A stretch of DNA of 64,000 nucleotides from Azolla caroliniana. Taxonomy: Eukaryota > Plantae > Polypodiophyta. The notes below the pieces were generated by a model, which was not told the DNA's origin, searched no databases, and saw nothing but the letters and a program-made list of their open reading frames with translations. The position numbers and the translations under genes were made by a program. The stretch covers positions 8,928,001 to 8,992,000 of the forward strand of contig JBHGNT010000008.1 of the NCBI GenBank assembly GCA_043228905.1, given 5' to 3'. Shown here in pieces: positions 37,501 through 49,868 of this stretch (its first letter is position 1; every line of letters starts with the position of its first letter).

Positions 37501-40284
37501 GCCGAGGAGACGGCTTACGCGCAAAGAGAAAGGGAAGAAGAAGGTGTTGGATTCCGGCACGGATAGGAACGAGTCAGACCGACGAGAATCCGACTCCGAG
37601 GGAACCGGTGACAGGTCTTTAAAGGTGAAGACCGCGTCGACCGAGAAGGCCTCGACATCGGCTAATGTGAGATTACGCCGATCTACCCGCCAGAAGAATC
37701 CTGTTTTGCGGTTCGGATACAACGAGTACATGGCGCATCATTATGCGTACATGACCCGTGTAGCGGAAGTGCGTGAGCCGGAGAGCTACGCAGAAGCGGC
37801 TAAAGACGCGAATTGGCGTGCCGCGATGGAGGAAGAGATGCACGCATTGGCAGAGAACGAGATATGGGACCTGGTTGACGCACCAAGAGGGGTAAAACCG
37901 ATCGGGTGTAGGTGGGTGTACAAGGTCAAGTACAACACCGATGGCTCGGTCAACCGGTACAAGGCTTGGCTAGTGGCAAAGGGCTACGCGCAGAAACACG
38001 ACATCGACTACGATGAGACGTTTGCGCCGATCGCGAAAATGACAACCGTCCGTGTTTTGCTCGTAGTAGCTGCGATGAAGGGGTGGCACTTACATCAGAT
38101 GGATGTAAAGAATGAGTTCCTGCAAAGTGACCTTGAGGAAGAGGTGTACATGGTACAACCCCCCGGATTTCATTCTGGAACGAACTCCTCGGCAGTATGC
38201 CGACTGAAGAAGTCCCTTTACAGACTGAAGCAAGCCCCGCGTGCCTGGAATGCGAAGATCACGCAACAACTGCGTCGGATGGGCTTCGTCACGTCAAAAT
38301 CAGACTCTTCCCTGTTCATCCGGAAAGGTCGACTCGGACCGGTTAGTATTTTACTATATGTTGATGACTTGGTCATCACTAGCGCCGACCTACGTGAAAT
38401 CGACCGCGTGAAGCTCCAACTTGCGGCATCGTTCGACATGAAGGATCTGGGGGACCTTCATTACTTCCTCGGGATCGAAGTGATCCGTACCCCCGAAGGC
38501 ATATTGATCAACCAACGTCACTACGTGCTGAGTATGCTCTTCAAATTCGGGATGGTCGACTGTAAGTCAGTCTCAACTCCTCTGGACAGAACCGTCAAGC
38601 TTCGTCCCGATATGGGAACGGTATGCGACCCGACGAGGTTCCGACAAATTGTCGGAAGCCTCATATACTTGACCATCACTTGACCCGACCTCAGTTATCC
38701 GGTCAGAGTGATCAATCAGTTCATGGCGCAACCTACCGAGGAGCACCTTCAGTGTGCGCAATGCATACTTCAGTATGTCAACGGCACTAAGGACCGGGGA
38801 CTGCTATATCGGACCAGTGCAGCCGCGCAGTTAGTCGGCTACACCGATGCTGATTGGGCTGGCAACGCCGCCGATCACCGATCCACATCCGGATATGCGT
38901 TCTCCCTCGGGAGTGCCGCGATCGCGTGGAGCAGTAAGAAGCAGCCGACAGTTGCACTGTCGAGCACCGAAGCTGAGTACCGAGGAGCGGTTGTCGCGAC
39001 ATGCGAAGCCATATGGTTGAAGCGGCTACTTAAGGACATGCAAGAGGAGGTGTCAGATCCGACGATGATCTACTGCGACAACCTCAGCAGCATCCAGCTC
39101 GCGAAAAACCCCGTTTTCCACACACGGACCAAGCACATTGAGGTGCACTACCATTTCGTCCGTGAGCGTGTCCTTTCCGGTGAAGTCGAACTTCAGTACG
39201 TTCCGACGGATCGGCAGACTGCCGACATCTTCACTAAGCCCCTTGGTCTGGACAAGTTGCGGCAATTCTTCGGTGCGCTCGGATTGCGTCACCTCGACGT
39301 GCCAAACTTGAGGGGGAGAACAGTGCCAAACGACCAAGCAAAGCAGCAGGAAAGGAGCGGAGGCCACGACACCGAGTCGGTTGACTCGGCTGTTGACTCG
39401 GTTGTCGAGTTCAACTTCGGATCGGCTGAAGAAGTCGAGGGCGGACCCGCGGAAAAGTCTGAAAGCAGACAGAAGGGGAGCAGCCGAAGGAGAGAGCCGA
39501 AGCCAACCATGCATGGGGAAGATGACGCCACCAAGGGCGAGAAGACCGAAGACGAGTTGGAGACAGCCAACTCGGACGGGAGCGAAAACCGATCAGAGGT
39601 AACCGAGTCGGTTCGGATGTTTGATTCAGATACGCTGAATCAACCGAGGCCCAAGCGGAAGAAAAGGCAGCAGGAGAAGCGTCAACACCGCAACAGCAGA
39701 AGAGCTGATAAGGGCCACATGAGCAGACAAGCCGACCGGAAGGGTCGAAGCGCGCGGAGTCAAACAGGTCGTGGAGCGCGAGCGAGGCGTGAAACCAGGA
39801 GGAACCGGAGCTGTGAGCCCGAAGATCCCGAAGAGCCTCAAGTTGAGCTTGAGGGGGAGTGTTGAGAGACAAGCTCAACATCGGCCGGATCGGCTGAAGA
39901 AGCCGAGGACCGGATCGGTTGGGACCGATCGGTTAGGCCGAGTGCGTAAACCGGGAGGCCGTTAGGAAAGATATTCCGTGAGGAATATATTTGGGAGTTA
40001 GTGTAGGAGCTCTTAATGAGTATTGAAGTATTGTCAGTACTTTGGTTAGTCCTTCTAGGACTTGTATAAAAGTGTTCATTGAAAACACATATGTATAGAG
40101 TGTGGTGAATAGAGATTGGGTTGTTGTTGTTGGTGAATATAGTTCGTGTGTTTTCTCTCACTCTCTCTCTCTCACTCTCTTTGTCTCTCCCGTGTATACT
40201 GCGTAAGCTCAAGCTCTCCATTGAACCCGAGTTTTCTTCCTCCTGTTCGGTCTTCACACTTGCTTCCGCACGTTACTTTTTACA
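34523..40284 (+). mobile_element. Ty1/copia element D (LTRs 34523-34945 and 39860-40284; TSD TGTTG), inserted antisense in the leader of E
   Basis: 423/425-bp LTRs, ~96-97% identical. TGTTG at 34518-22 and 40285-89. iMet PBS at 34946-57; PPT at 39851-59. Confidence 0.95.
35018..39865 (+). pseudogene. Element D copia polyprotein with in-frame stops and a ~180-aa C-terminal extension after RNaseH
   Basis: Collinear ORFs 35018, 35351, 35972, 36500, 37046 and 38708 in one frame, separated by stop codons. All copia motifs are present; the final stop lies inside the 3' LTR. Confidence 0.9.
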
Positions 40285-40693
40285 TGTTGGCTGTAGAGAA
40301 GTCTCAACCCTCGCGCTCTGATACCATGTAAAAGTTAGCGTGTGGAAGCTTGACAAAACTGGTTTAGCTAGAAGTAACAGAGAATAGAAAACACAGGTTC
40401 AATGGAAGCTTGAGAAAGCACTTTTATACAAGTCCATAAAGGACAGACAGATGTACTTACAAGTACTTCAATGCTCACACGAGCGACTGTCACTGACTCC
40501 CAAAAATATGCCTACATACTAGGTTGGATCTGTAGGTCTCTAACGGCTTACCGGTTTCAATCCGATCCGGCTCCTGGTTCCAGATATCATCCAAACATCG
40601 ATCCGGTTCTCCGTTCCGAATACCGATCCGGCTTTGGCTTATTTAGCCGATCCGGATCCAGAGCCGGATCTGGTTGAGCTTGCTGACTCAACA

Positions 40694-40899
40694 ACCTTAT
40701 TCAAGCCATGGTAGTCCACAACTAGACAAAGTGATCCATCTTTTTTCTTGACAAAGAAAATAGGTGCGTCGGTTGAAGATTTCGAATATCGAATAAACCT
40801 ATTTGCCAAATTTTCCTCTATGTAGGCTCGAAGAACTTCAAGCTCAGTTGGTGACAAGTTGTAGATCGGTCCCCACAGTGGCTCTTTTCCTGATAACAA
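40694..40899 (-). pseudogene. Tcn1-like chromovirus RT fragment (target of copia E)
   Basis: [48 protein letters not shown], nearly the same as the RT of element I. Confidence 0.8.
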
Positions 40900-40909
40900 G
40901 GCTCTAACA

Positions 40910-41307
40910 CATGATCTATGTGTAGATATGCCAAGGACCTAACCATTAAGCCATTTGACAGTAATAATTATCTTTAGAATATGAAATCTATAACATTTTA
41001 GGACTTCCTAGAACTTTCTTGAACATTCTAGAATTTCCCGGAACACTCTAAAACTTCCTAGAACTTCTAAGAACATTCTAGAGAACCTATTCGGAGGACT
41101 CGAGATTGGTATTGAACCACAATGGCTCAACAAGAGTGAGGGGGCTTCATTATATAGTGGGTCGTGGAGCATTCTAGGGTTTTCGAGAATGTTTTGGGAA
41201 CTAGAATGTTTTAGGGTTCAACCTTTATGAGATTATGGCTTAGTGGTTAAGTCTTTGATATATGTATACATAGGTCACGGCCTATAGGTTTGAACCTTGC
41301 AATCACA
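40910..41307. repeat. Two degraded chromovirus-type LTR fragments in inverted orientation
   Basis: Imperfect ~45-bp inverted match between ~40910-40955 and ~41235-41279; CTAGAA-rich motifs like the F and I LTRs. Confidence 0.5.
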
Positions 41308-41959
41308 TTGTGGCCATTACAATTAAATCTAATCTTGATTCTTTGAATGCATCTAGCACTCTTAGTAGCTTCATACTTCCAAATTAGTTTGAAGTGCTTG
41401 TCCAACTTGATGTAGTGTTAAACAAGTATATACAACCAAATTAGGTGTGATTTGGTTAGATAACTCAGAATTTGTAGAGCTAGTCCATAGTAATGGTTCC
41501 ATTTCATCGAATTGAGCTAGATAATTTTTGCAGCAAATGTTGAACTTAGTAACTCTAGATATAATCATGTCTTTGCCTTTGTTCTCTTAGATTCAGGAAC
41601 GAACTCTTGTTTCATGGATTGAAACTTTGTCTTGACACATAATATCTCATTAAAAACACTCCATTGTCCAATATCTATCATAATCATAGATAGTTGACCT
41701 ATTGCCTTTGGAGACATAACTAAAATGTTTAAGTTAATTTGTAATTGTCTTGGTGATTTGGCCTATGTGATTTCATTCAATATCAACCATAGTTTGAGCA
41801 TGAAGAGTCTGAGTTTGAGCTTTTGATTTTCCTTTGTCTACCTTGGTTTGAGCATCACCACCCACAAATTGGATGAAGAAAAATCCTAGAAATCCCAGCA
41901 AAACCACATAACAAATTTCCCTATTGCTTCTAACCAAATCTAGAGTGCCATCAGATCTC

Positions 41960-42970
41960 AATAATATCTCTAAGAAGCACACACAAAGAGGAGCAGATAG
42001 AAGAAATGCATATATTTGCAGTAATAACAATGCCAACGCCAACTCAAGAAAGTCGATTACCTTACTTCCAAGCAAGTATCAAGAATTCTAATAGGTATAT
42101 TCAATAAGGACAAGGTTATAAGTCTCCTAGAACATTAACCTTATTGTCTTATCGATCTTCAGCCATGAAAAGATCCACTGTGGGGACCAATTTATAATTT
42201 ATCACTAGTAGAGCTCAAGGTTCTTCGTGATTATATCGATGAAAATTTAGCAAGTGGATTTAATCATCATTCCGATATCTCATGCTGATGCACCAATACT
42301 TTTTGTTAAGAAGAAAGATGGAATGCTTTTCTTGGTTGTAGATTATCAATGCGTAAACAAAAATACAATTCAGAATAGGTACTCCTTGCCTTCCATCTCA
42401 ACACTTTTGGAGCACTTGAGTGGAGCCAAATACTTTACAATGGAAAACTGCATTTCACGCTTGATATGGGCAGTTTGATTATATAGTTATGCCTTTCGAT
42501 CTTCGAAATGCTCCTGCGGTTTTTTAACGTATGGCAAATGATAGTTTCCAGGACTTATTGGATATATTCGCCATCATTTATTTGGTGGATATTTAGGTAT
42601 TTTCCAATACTTAAGAGGAGCATGATGAGCATGCACGCCAAGTTCTACATCGATTACAAGAATACGGTCTCTATTTCAAACTTGAGAAATATAGTTTTGA
42701 TCTCAACCATGTGTAATCCCTTGGGTACATAGTCTCACCAAAAGGAATCTTTATGAATCTCACAAAGGTACAAACAAGGCAAACACCACAATCTCTGCGT
42801 GACGTCCAATGTTGCTTGGGATTTGCAAATTTTTACTGCAAAAACCAGCATGAATTATTCAAAGATGGTTCTTCCTTTTACACAATTAACACAAAAAAAC
42901 AACTATTCATATGAAATTAAGGTCCAGTTGAGGAATTTGAAAGATTAAAAACTGCATTCATGTTTACCCC
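41960..42970 (+). pseudogene. Highly decayed Tcn1-like RT/RNaseH remnant
   Basis: [40 protein letters not shown] and NRYSLP motifs across several frames. Confidence 0.7.
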
Positions 42971-43388
42971 TAAATTTAATTATTTAAATAAAAATAATTA
43001 AAAGCTCATGTTATAATTGTCGATTAAATGATGAAACCCTAATTGAGTATTAACACGAAATTGAACCACCACACAAATTGATGAACCAATCACCCCACAC
43101 TTGTAGAAGAGAAACAAAATATTTTATATAATTATAAAAAGAAGAAGAGAAACCGAGAATACTGAAGTTCTCAAGTTGGTTGTTCCTGGATCAAGAAATC
43201 GCTCTCCGTTAATTGCTCCAAAATTAAGAAAAACATAAAAAAAACAAACCAACACAAGAACACTTAATTACACTGTGATACCAAAGGTTAGGATCTTAAC
43301 TAAAGTTAAACAAAATTAAAGAGAAAATAACAAAGGAAAGGGCAACAATCCACATGATCACCCCCTACCGAAGGTGAGAGATGGATCC

Positions 43389-44255
43389 TGTTGAGCGGCA
43401 AGCTCAACCGGATCCGGATTGGCTAAATAAGCCTGAGCTGGATCAGCATCCGGAAGGATGAGCCGAATCGGTGAGCCGATGAGCAAGTTAGCCGGTGAGC
43501 TGGGGAGTCGATTAGCCGGATCAAGCAGTAACCGAAAGCCTAATAGCAGCCTAGACTACTAGGTAGTTAATGTCTCATAGTTAGTGTCAGACACTCGTGT
43601 GAGCATTGAAGTACACTGTACTTTTGTCAGTCCTCTTAGGACTTGTATAAATAGTGTTGTTGAGCACGTTGTATTTACAGAGAATTTTACAGAGTTGTTG
43701 ATAATAGATTTAAGTTGTTCTGCTCTTTCTCTGTCTCTCCTACGTACCTTCTGTGTGTTAATCTCTATCTCTCTCTCTCTCTGTTGCTATCAGGCTAAGC
43801 CGGTTGTCTAACGCTTCCGCACCTTCGTTTTTACATGGTATCAGAGCGCGAGGGTTGAGAACCTCTGCAACCAACATCGGCATCTGAAGACAAACCCTAA
43901 GACCCGGTAAGAACAGAAAGAGAAGTGATGGATAGAGGTGTGTTAGGATTTGGGTCCCTCCGAATGGGATACAAGTACCCGACAACGGAAGACCCGGTGA
44001 GAACCGGATGATGAGTACCCGGCAAGGAAGACCCAGTGAGAACTGGATGACGCGGGCCCGGTGAGAACCTCTCACCGAATGAAGGGACATAGATATAAAT
44101 ATGTTTCTGTTACCCCATTGTGGCTATATTTGTAAATAGCCCGAAAGTCATATTTGTATATGTATATGACCTAGGGCAAACAGTATCATGTTTGTTGCCA
44201 TTATCATTGTATAGAGCCATAGTGTGTAACGGTTGTACAGAGCGTAGCAGAGGGA

Positions 44256-44296
<41 letters not shown>

Positions 44297-47200
44297 AATA
44301 CAGAGCATGTTTTTGTTGTAACCGCCGCCAGGCGAAGATCGTGAGCACGAGGTCGTTGCCTTTGTGCTCCCTACTATATTCTCCTTACATAGTGATAGTT
44401 GGAGTTTATGAACTCCTGTGGTTTTTCCCTCTTAGGGTTTTCCACATTAACATCCTGTGCATTCTCTTCTGTTTATGTACTTACTTCCATTTCTCATTTT
44501 TTCCTGTGTTTGATAATCATTAAGTGATTGAAGACTTGGTTATGGCCAAGCACTATTCCGCGTATTCTTTGCACCGATGGAGAAGCTTGACATATCCAAC
44601 TACGCATCTTGGTCATACAAGATGCACCAATACCTGCTTGGGCATGGTTACTGGAGCTATGTCGACGAAGCTAATGACACAACACCTGATGTGGCACGCA
44701 AGGACTTCCCAGTGTGGGAACAAGCGGTAAGTAGAGTGATGTACTGCTTTGCATCTAGTGTCGGAGACCAGTTGTTGAGCCATGTCCGAGATGCCAAGAC
44801 ACCAAAAGAAGCGTGGGGAAACCTGAAGAAGGTTTTCGCGGCAAGCACTACAGCCCAGAAGCTGCAACTCCGACATGAGTTGAGCAATGTCCGACAGAAG
44901 GACATGTCGATACCCGATTACACGGCTCGAATCAAAGAGATCTATGACTCATTTGCCTCTATCAACGTCATTTTAGAGGAAGATGAGATGGTGCAAATCT
45001 GTCTTGGGGGCCTAGCGTCTAAGTTCAGAGCGTTTCAAACGGCGGTATGTACAAGTCATTTTTTGACTTACAGTCGATGCTCCTTGTAGAGGAGAACCAC
45101 ACCGGTGCGTCAACAAGTGCACCCACCGGCAGCTGGATGTTGTACATGGAGCCGGATCGGCCCCGTGGGTGTGGAGGATGAGGCGGGTCGGCTCGCAATG
45201 GTAGCGGCCAGTAAGAGCAGGACCGAAGGCACAAAGAACGTGCCGACAGTAGTTCCGAACCCTCCACAAGCAAGGGGAGTCAAGGCGGTGCCGGAGGCCG
45301 GCAAGCAAAGGCCAACACAGAATGCTGGTATTGTGGTAAAAAGGGCCACAGAGAAAGCAAGTGTTGGAAGAAGCGCGCCGATTCGGACAGATCCGGATCC
45401 GGCAAGGCCGACAGAGAGAACCGGCAATACTCGCACTACGCAGAAGGATCAGGAGGATCCAAAACCGGAAAAGCCGGTAAGGGGCCAGCCTTGGTGATGA
45501 AACACGAGGCTAACTTGATGAAGAAGACCACTTCCAAATTGGGGGAAGTGTGGTACGTTGATTCCGGTGCATCGAATCACATGACAAGCCATGAAGAGTG
45601 GTTCTCTTTCTTGCAGAAACCGGAACAACCGGGAGTCGTCGAAACCGGAGACGATACTCCTCACCCAATCGTGCATGTCGGAGAAGTCCCTTTGAGCCAC
45701 GTCGGACAGAGGGGGAAGTTGATGAACGTATTACACGTTCCGACTATCACGAAGAACTTGGTGTCAGTAGGTCAGATCGTTTACCAGGGGATGCAGGTGC
45801 GGTTTACGCACCTTGGGTGCTCCATCGAGGAAGAGGGCCAGATTATTGTGCAAGGGCGCATAGATGGGAGGATGTTCATCCTCGACACCAATGACGTCGG
45901 CACTGCTTTGTTTGTCAAAGGACAGAAGATTGAATCAGATATTGATCTTTGGCACAAGCGGATCGGCCACGTCAATTACCGGAGGCTTCAAGACCTGCAA
46001 ACGAAATAAGTTGTTTTCGTTTTGCCGAAGTTCAGTGGTCGGAAGGTCTAAATATGTGAAGCCTGCCAGCTCGGGAAGCAACACCGGCTTCCATTCCCCA
46101 CCGAACAAAACCGGAGCCGTAACAAGCTCAACCTTATTCATTCGGATGTATGGGGACCGACACAGAACATTATTCTTGGTGGGAGTCGATACTTCGTCTC
46201 CTTCATTGACGACTACAGCCGGCACACATGGATCTACCTCATTGAGCGGAAGAGCGAAGTCTTTGAGTGTTTCCAAAACCTGCAAAGCCTGGTTGAACGG
46301 GAAACGGAGAGGAAGATCAAGTGCATGCGGTCGGATGGCAGAAAAGAATATTTTTCCGGCCAATTCAACAATTATCTGTAGCAAAAAGGAATTCAGAGAG
46401 AGTTCAGCTATAGATACACACCGGAGCAAAATGGTGTGGCCGAGAGGAAGAACCGGTCAATTATCGATGCGGCAAGGGCGATGCTAGAGGAGAAGAGCAT
46501 GCCCAAATTCTATTGGGCTGAGGCGGACCGGACGACCATCTATATCCAAAACCGGATCGGTGACAAGGTATCCGCGCATGATATGAGACACCTTTGGATA
46601 TTTGGTAGCATTGCATATGTGCATGTGATGGATGAGAAGTAGAGGAAGTTGGATCCTGGTTGGTTACTCGTATGAGCAAAAAGGGTATAAGTGTTATAAC
46701 CCCCGGACGAAGCAGGTCTGAGTTTGCTGGGATGTTGAGTTTGATGAGACGACATCATGGTATGCTTTACCGGCTTCGACTTCCGACCCCAACCCAATAC
46801 CGGAGGATGAGGCTAGTGAGCCTGAACCGATCCAGTTAGAAGACGAAGGGTTCGAGACTCTAGATGTGAGTCCGGATCGTTTCGGTCGAGCGGACCGAAT
46901 GAGTGGTTGAGTTGGGATGACCAGTCGAATGAGGAACCGGTGAGTAGTGGAGACTCAGCCGTGCTCTCCTCGCACAAGGAACCGAGGAGACAGTTCATGT
47001 GCAAAGAGAAGGGAAAGAAGAAGATGCCGAAATATGAAACCGGCAACGTTGAGTCGGATCGGAGTGAATCCGACTCCGGAAAGGATGAAGGCGGATCCTT
47101 GGGAACAAAGTCCGAACTGGCCAAGAAGGTCCTCAAACCGGGTAACGATAAGTTACGCCGGTCTTCCCGCCAGAAGAACCCCGTGAAGCGGTATGGGTAC

Positions 47201-48786
47201 AATGAGTACATGGCGCATCATTATGCGTACATGACCAAAGTGGCAGAAGAGCGTGAGCCGGAGAGCTACGCAGAAGCGGCAAATGACGCAAATTGGTGTA
47301 CCGCTATGGAGGAAGAAATGCGGGCACTTGATGCCAACGACACATGGGACCTAATTGACCCTCCCCGACACTGTAAACCAATCAGATGTAAGTGGGTGTA
47401 CAAGGTAAAGTACAATGTCGACGGTTCGGTTAATTGGTACAAGGCCCGGTTAATGGCGAAGGGATACGCACAGACCCACGGAATCGACTACGACGAGACC
47501 TTCGCTCCGGTAGCAAAGATGACGACGGTTCGTGTGGTGCTGGCGGTTGCTACGGCAAGGGGGTGACATCTTCACCAGATGGACGTGAAGAATGCATTTC
47601 TTCAAGGCATCTTGAAGAAGAGGTCTTTATTACCCAACCCCCCGGTTTCTAGTTGGAGATGAACAAGTCAACGGTATGCCAGTTGAAGCAGTCACTTTAT
47701 GGCCTGAAGCAAGCCCCCTGAGCTTGGAATGTGAAGATCACGCACCAATTGTGTAAGATGGGGTTTGCGGCCTCCAAGTCCGACTCTTCGTTGTTCATCC
47801 GGCAAGGTCCGGACGGTCCGGTTTGCATCTTACTGTATGTTGATGATCTAGTCATCACCGGACCCAGACTCGATGAAATCAATCGAGTCAAGTCCCAACT
47901 GTCAGACACATTTGAGATGAAGGACCTGGGGGACCTTCACTATTTCCTTGGGATCGAGGTGATCCGAACCCCCAACAGCATATTGCTATCACAAAGACAC
48001 TATGTGTTGAATATGTTGTACAAGTTCGGCATGACGGAATGCCGACCGATCTCCACACCCCTGGACCGGAACCAGAAGCTCCGTCCCGACTCTGGATTGG
48101 CCTGCGATGAGAAGAGGTTCCGACAAATCGTCGGAAGCCTTATATATTTGACAATCACCCGACCCGACATCAGTTATCCGGTTGGCGTGATCAGCCAATA
48201 TATGTAGAAGCCGACTGTGGAGCACCTTTTGTGCACGCATCGAATTTTGCGATATGTGAGCGGCACGAAGGACCGGGGACTGTTATACCGGCACGATATA
48301 ACCGAAGAGCTAGTTAGCTACACCGATGCCAACTGGGCCGACGATGCATCGGATCGCCGATCCACCTCCGGCTATATGTTTTCCCTTGGTAGGGCGGTTG
48401 TTGTGTGGAGCAGCAAAAAGCAGCCAATAGTGACCCTTTTGAGCACTGAGGCTGAATACCGGGGCGCTACCATTGCCACATGTGAAGCCATTTGGCTTCG
48501 GCGACTGCTGCAAGACCTGCGGATCGAGGAGCTGACCCCGATCTTGATCGTGTGAGCATTGAAGTACACTATACTTCTGTCAGTCCTCTTAGGACTTGTA
48601 TAAATAGTGTTGTTGAGCACGTTGTATTTACAAAGAATTTTATAGAGTTGTTGATAATAGATTTAAGTTGTTCTGCTCTTTCTCTGTCTCTCCTGCGTAC
48701 CTTTTGTGTGTTAATATCTATCTCTCTCTCTTTGTTGCTATTCGGCTAAGCCGGTTCTCTAACGCTTCCACACCTTTGTTTTTACA
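43389..48786 (+). mobile_element. Ty1/copia element G (same lineage as D and E); 5' LTR 43389-43835, truncated 3' LTR ~48548-48786; TSD GATCC
   Basis: GATCC at 43384-88 and 48787-91; iMet PBS at 43836-47; degenerate gag-PR-INT-RT-RH at 43928-48548. A deletion joins RNaseH to the middle of the 3' LTR. Confidence 0.9.
43941..44570 (+). mobile_element. LTR-like insertion H inside the gag start of G
   Basis: Interrupts MDRG|..PMEKLD. Starts TGTTAGG and has short tandem CCCGGTGAGAAC repeats, (GA)n and a GTGGTTTTTCCC..AGGGTTTTCCAC motif common in plant LTRs. No TSD seen; right end approximate. Confidence 0.55.
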
Positions 48787-49724
48787 GATCCAAGTCTCCG
48801 GTTGGTGTTCCATACCACTATGTAGAAAAGAGACCCTCTACATGAAAGTCGCTAGCCTTCTTATATAGGCTCAAACCCTAAGCCCTTCTTATCATAGATT
48901 GTGTTGTGAGCTTCGAATGAAGGCATAACTTGTAAAAAACAGACCAAGTAATGATTAAAATAAACTTGAAGGAGACAAAAAGAGAGATTATCTTGTAATA
49001 ATCTTAGTTGGTAAGGTTGCCCAATGGAGACTAAGAGGTCATGGGTTCAACCTGTACATTTAAGTGGCATCTAATAAACTAAGAGATATGTATGGAGTAA
49101 TACATAAGGGGTGAGAAGATTGGGTTTTGAACCCAAGGCATAATGCTAGTAGTGTAACAACCTACTGGTAAGGTAAGCTAATTACAATGGAAATAAAATA
49201 AAGTCATAGAAATTATGTAAGTTTAGAGTATCCATACTTATCTTTGCATTTTGGCTCAAATCATGTTATTCCAATGGGATAAATCTTGACGGTGGAGGAT
49301 GTTAAGGCCTAAAAAGCAAGGAAATGGCTTTGGTCCTCTATTTGTTGACAACATATGCAAGTGAGGGGGATATCGACGCATGATCCTAAATGAATGAAGC
49401 CATTATCAATGTCGTGGAGACCATAGGCTACACATAAGAGGTCGATGAGAGACCAAAAGGCTTAACTGGTTTGCGAATTTCCAAACTTGAACTGAGCCGG
49501 TTCCGGTTTAGCCAACTCAATTAAGCCTTAACCAATTTGGCCCAAATTGGTTGGGTTCAGCTTGAGCCATCCCAAAGCGAGCTCAATACGGTTAAGGAAG
49601 CTCAAGCCTAAATTGAGCCAAACCGAACCAAGAAACCGCCAAACTGTTAAAAAAACGGTTTTAACGGTTCGGTTCAGGCTTGAGCCGAGGCAACCGGATT
49701 CCAAAGCTCCTAGGCAAAAAGATG

Positions 49725-49864
49725 AGAAGAGATAGAGATAGAGAGAAAGAAGAAGAAGAAGAAATAGTAGAGCTTTTTGGATAGAGAGAGACAGAGAAGA
49801 AGAAGAAGAAGAAGAAGAAGAAGAAGAAGAAGAAGAGATAGAGAGAGAGAGAGAGAGAGAGAGT
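49725..49864 (+). repeat. (GA)n/(AAG)n microsatellites immediately upstream of the GPDH start codon
   Basis: Seen directly in sequence; typical of plant promoter/5'-UTR GA tracts. Confidence 0.85.
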
Positions 49865-49868
49865 AGCT

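Larger units (their letters stand above)
980..40693 (-). mobile_element. Degenerate Ty1/copia element E (host of the nest); pieces at 980-1625, 31214-34522 and 40290-40693
   Basis: 5' LTR 40693-40327; iMet PBS (TGGTATCAGAGC) at 40326-40315; gag MDRGMASSLLTEKLD (34464); protease W/Y-VDSGASNHM; [13 protein letters not shown]-RNaseH sequence is continuous across 31214/1625 once A is removed (4-bp CCGT duplicated); RNaseH TKHIEVHYHFV at ~1270-1320. Many stops and frameshifts. Confidence 0.88.

Noticed and set aside
41320-41950. Short minus-strand ORFs between chromovirus remnants
   Set aside because: No recognisable domain; likely decayed repeat.
49000-49060. SINE/tRNA-like remnant (also ~25520-25575 and ~56090-56280)
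   Set aside because: Only partial B-box-like matches; too degenerate to call without a family consensus.
49480-49700. MITE-like AACCG/CGGTT-rich segment upstream of GPDH
   Set aside because: No clear terminal inverted repeats or TSD could be delimited.
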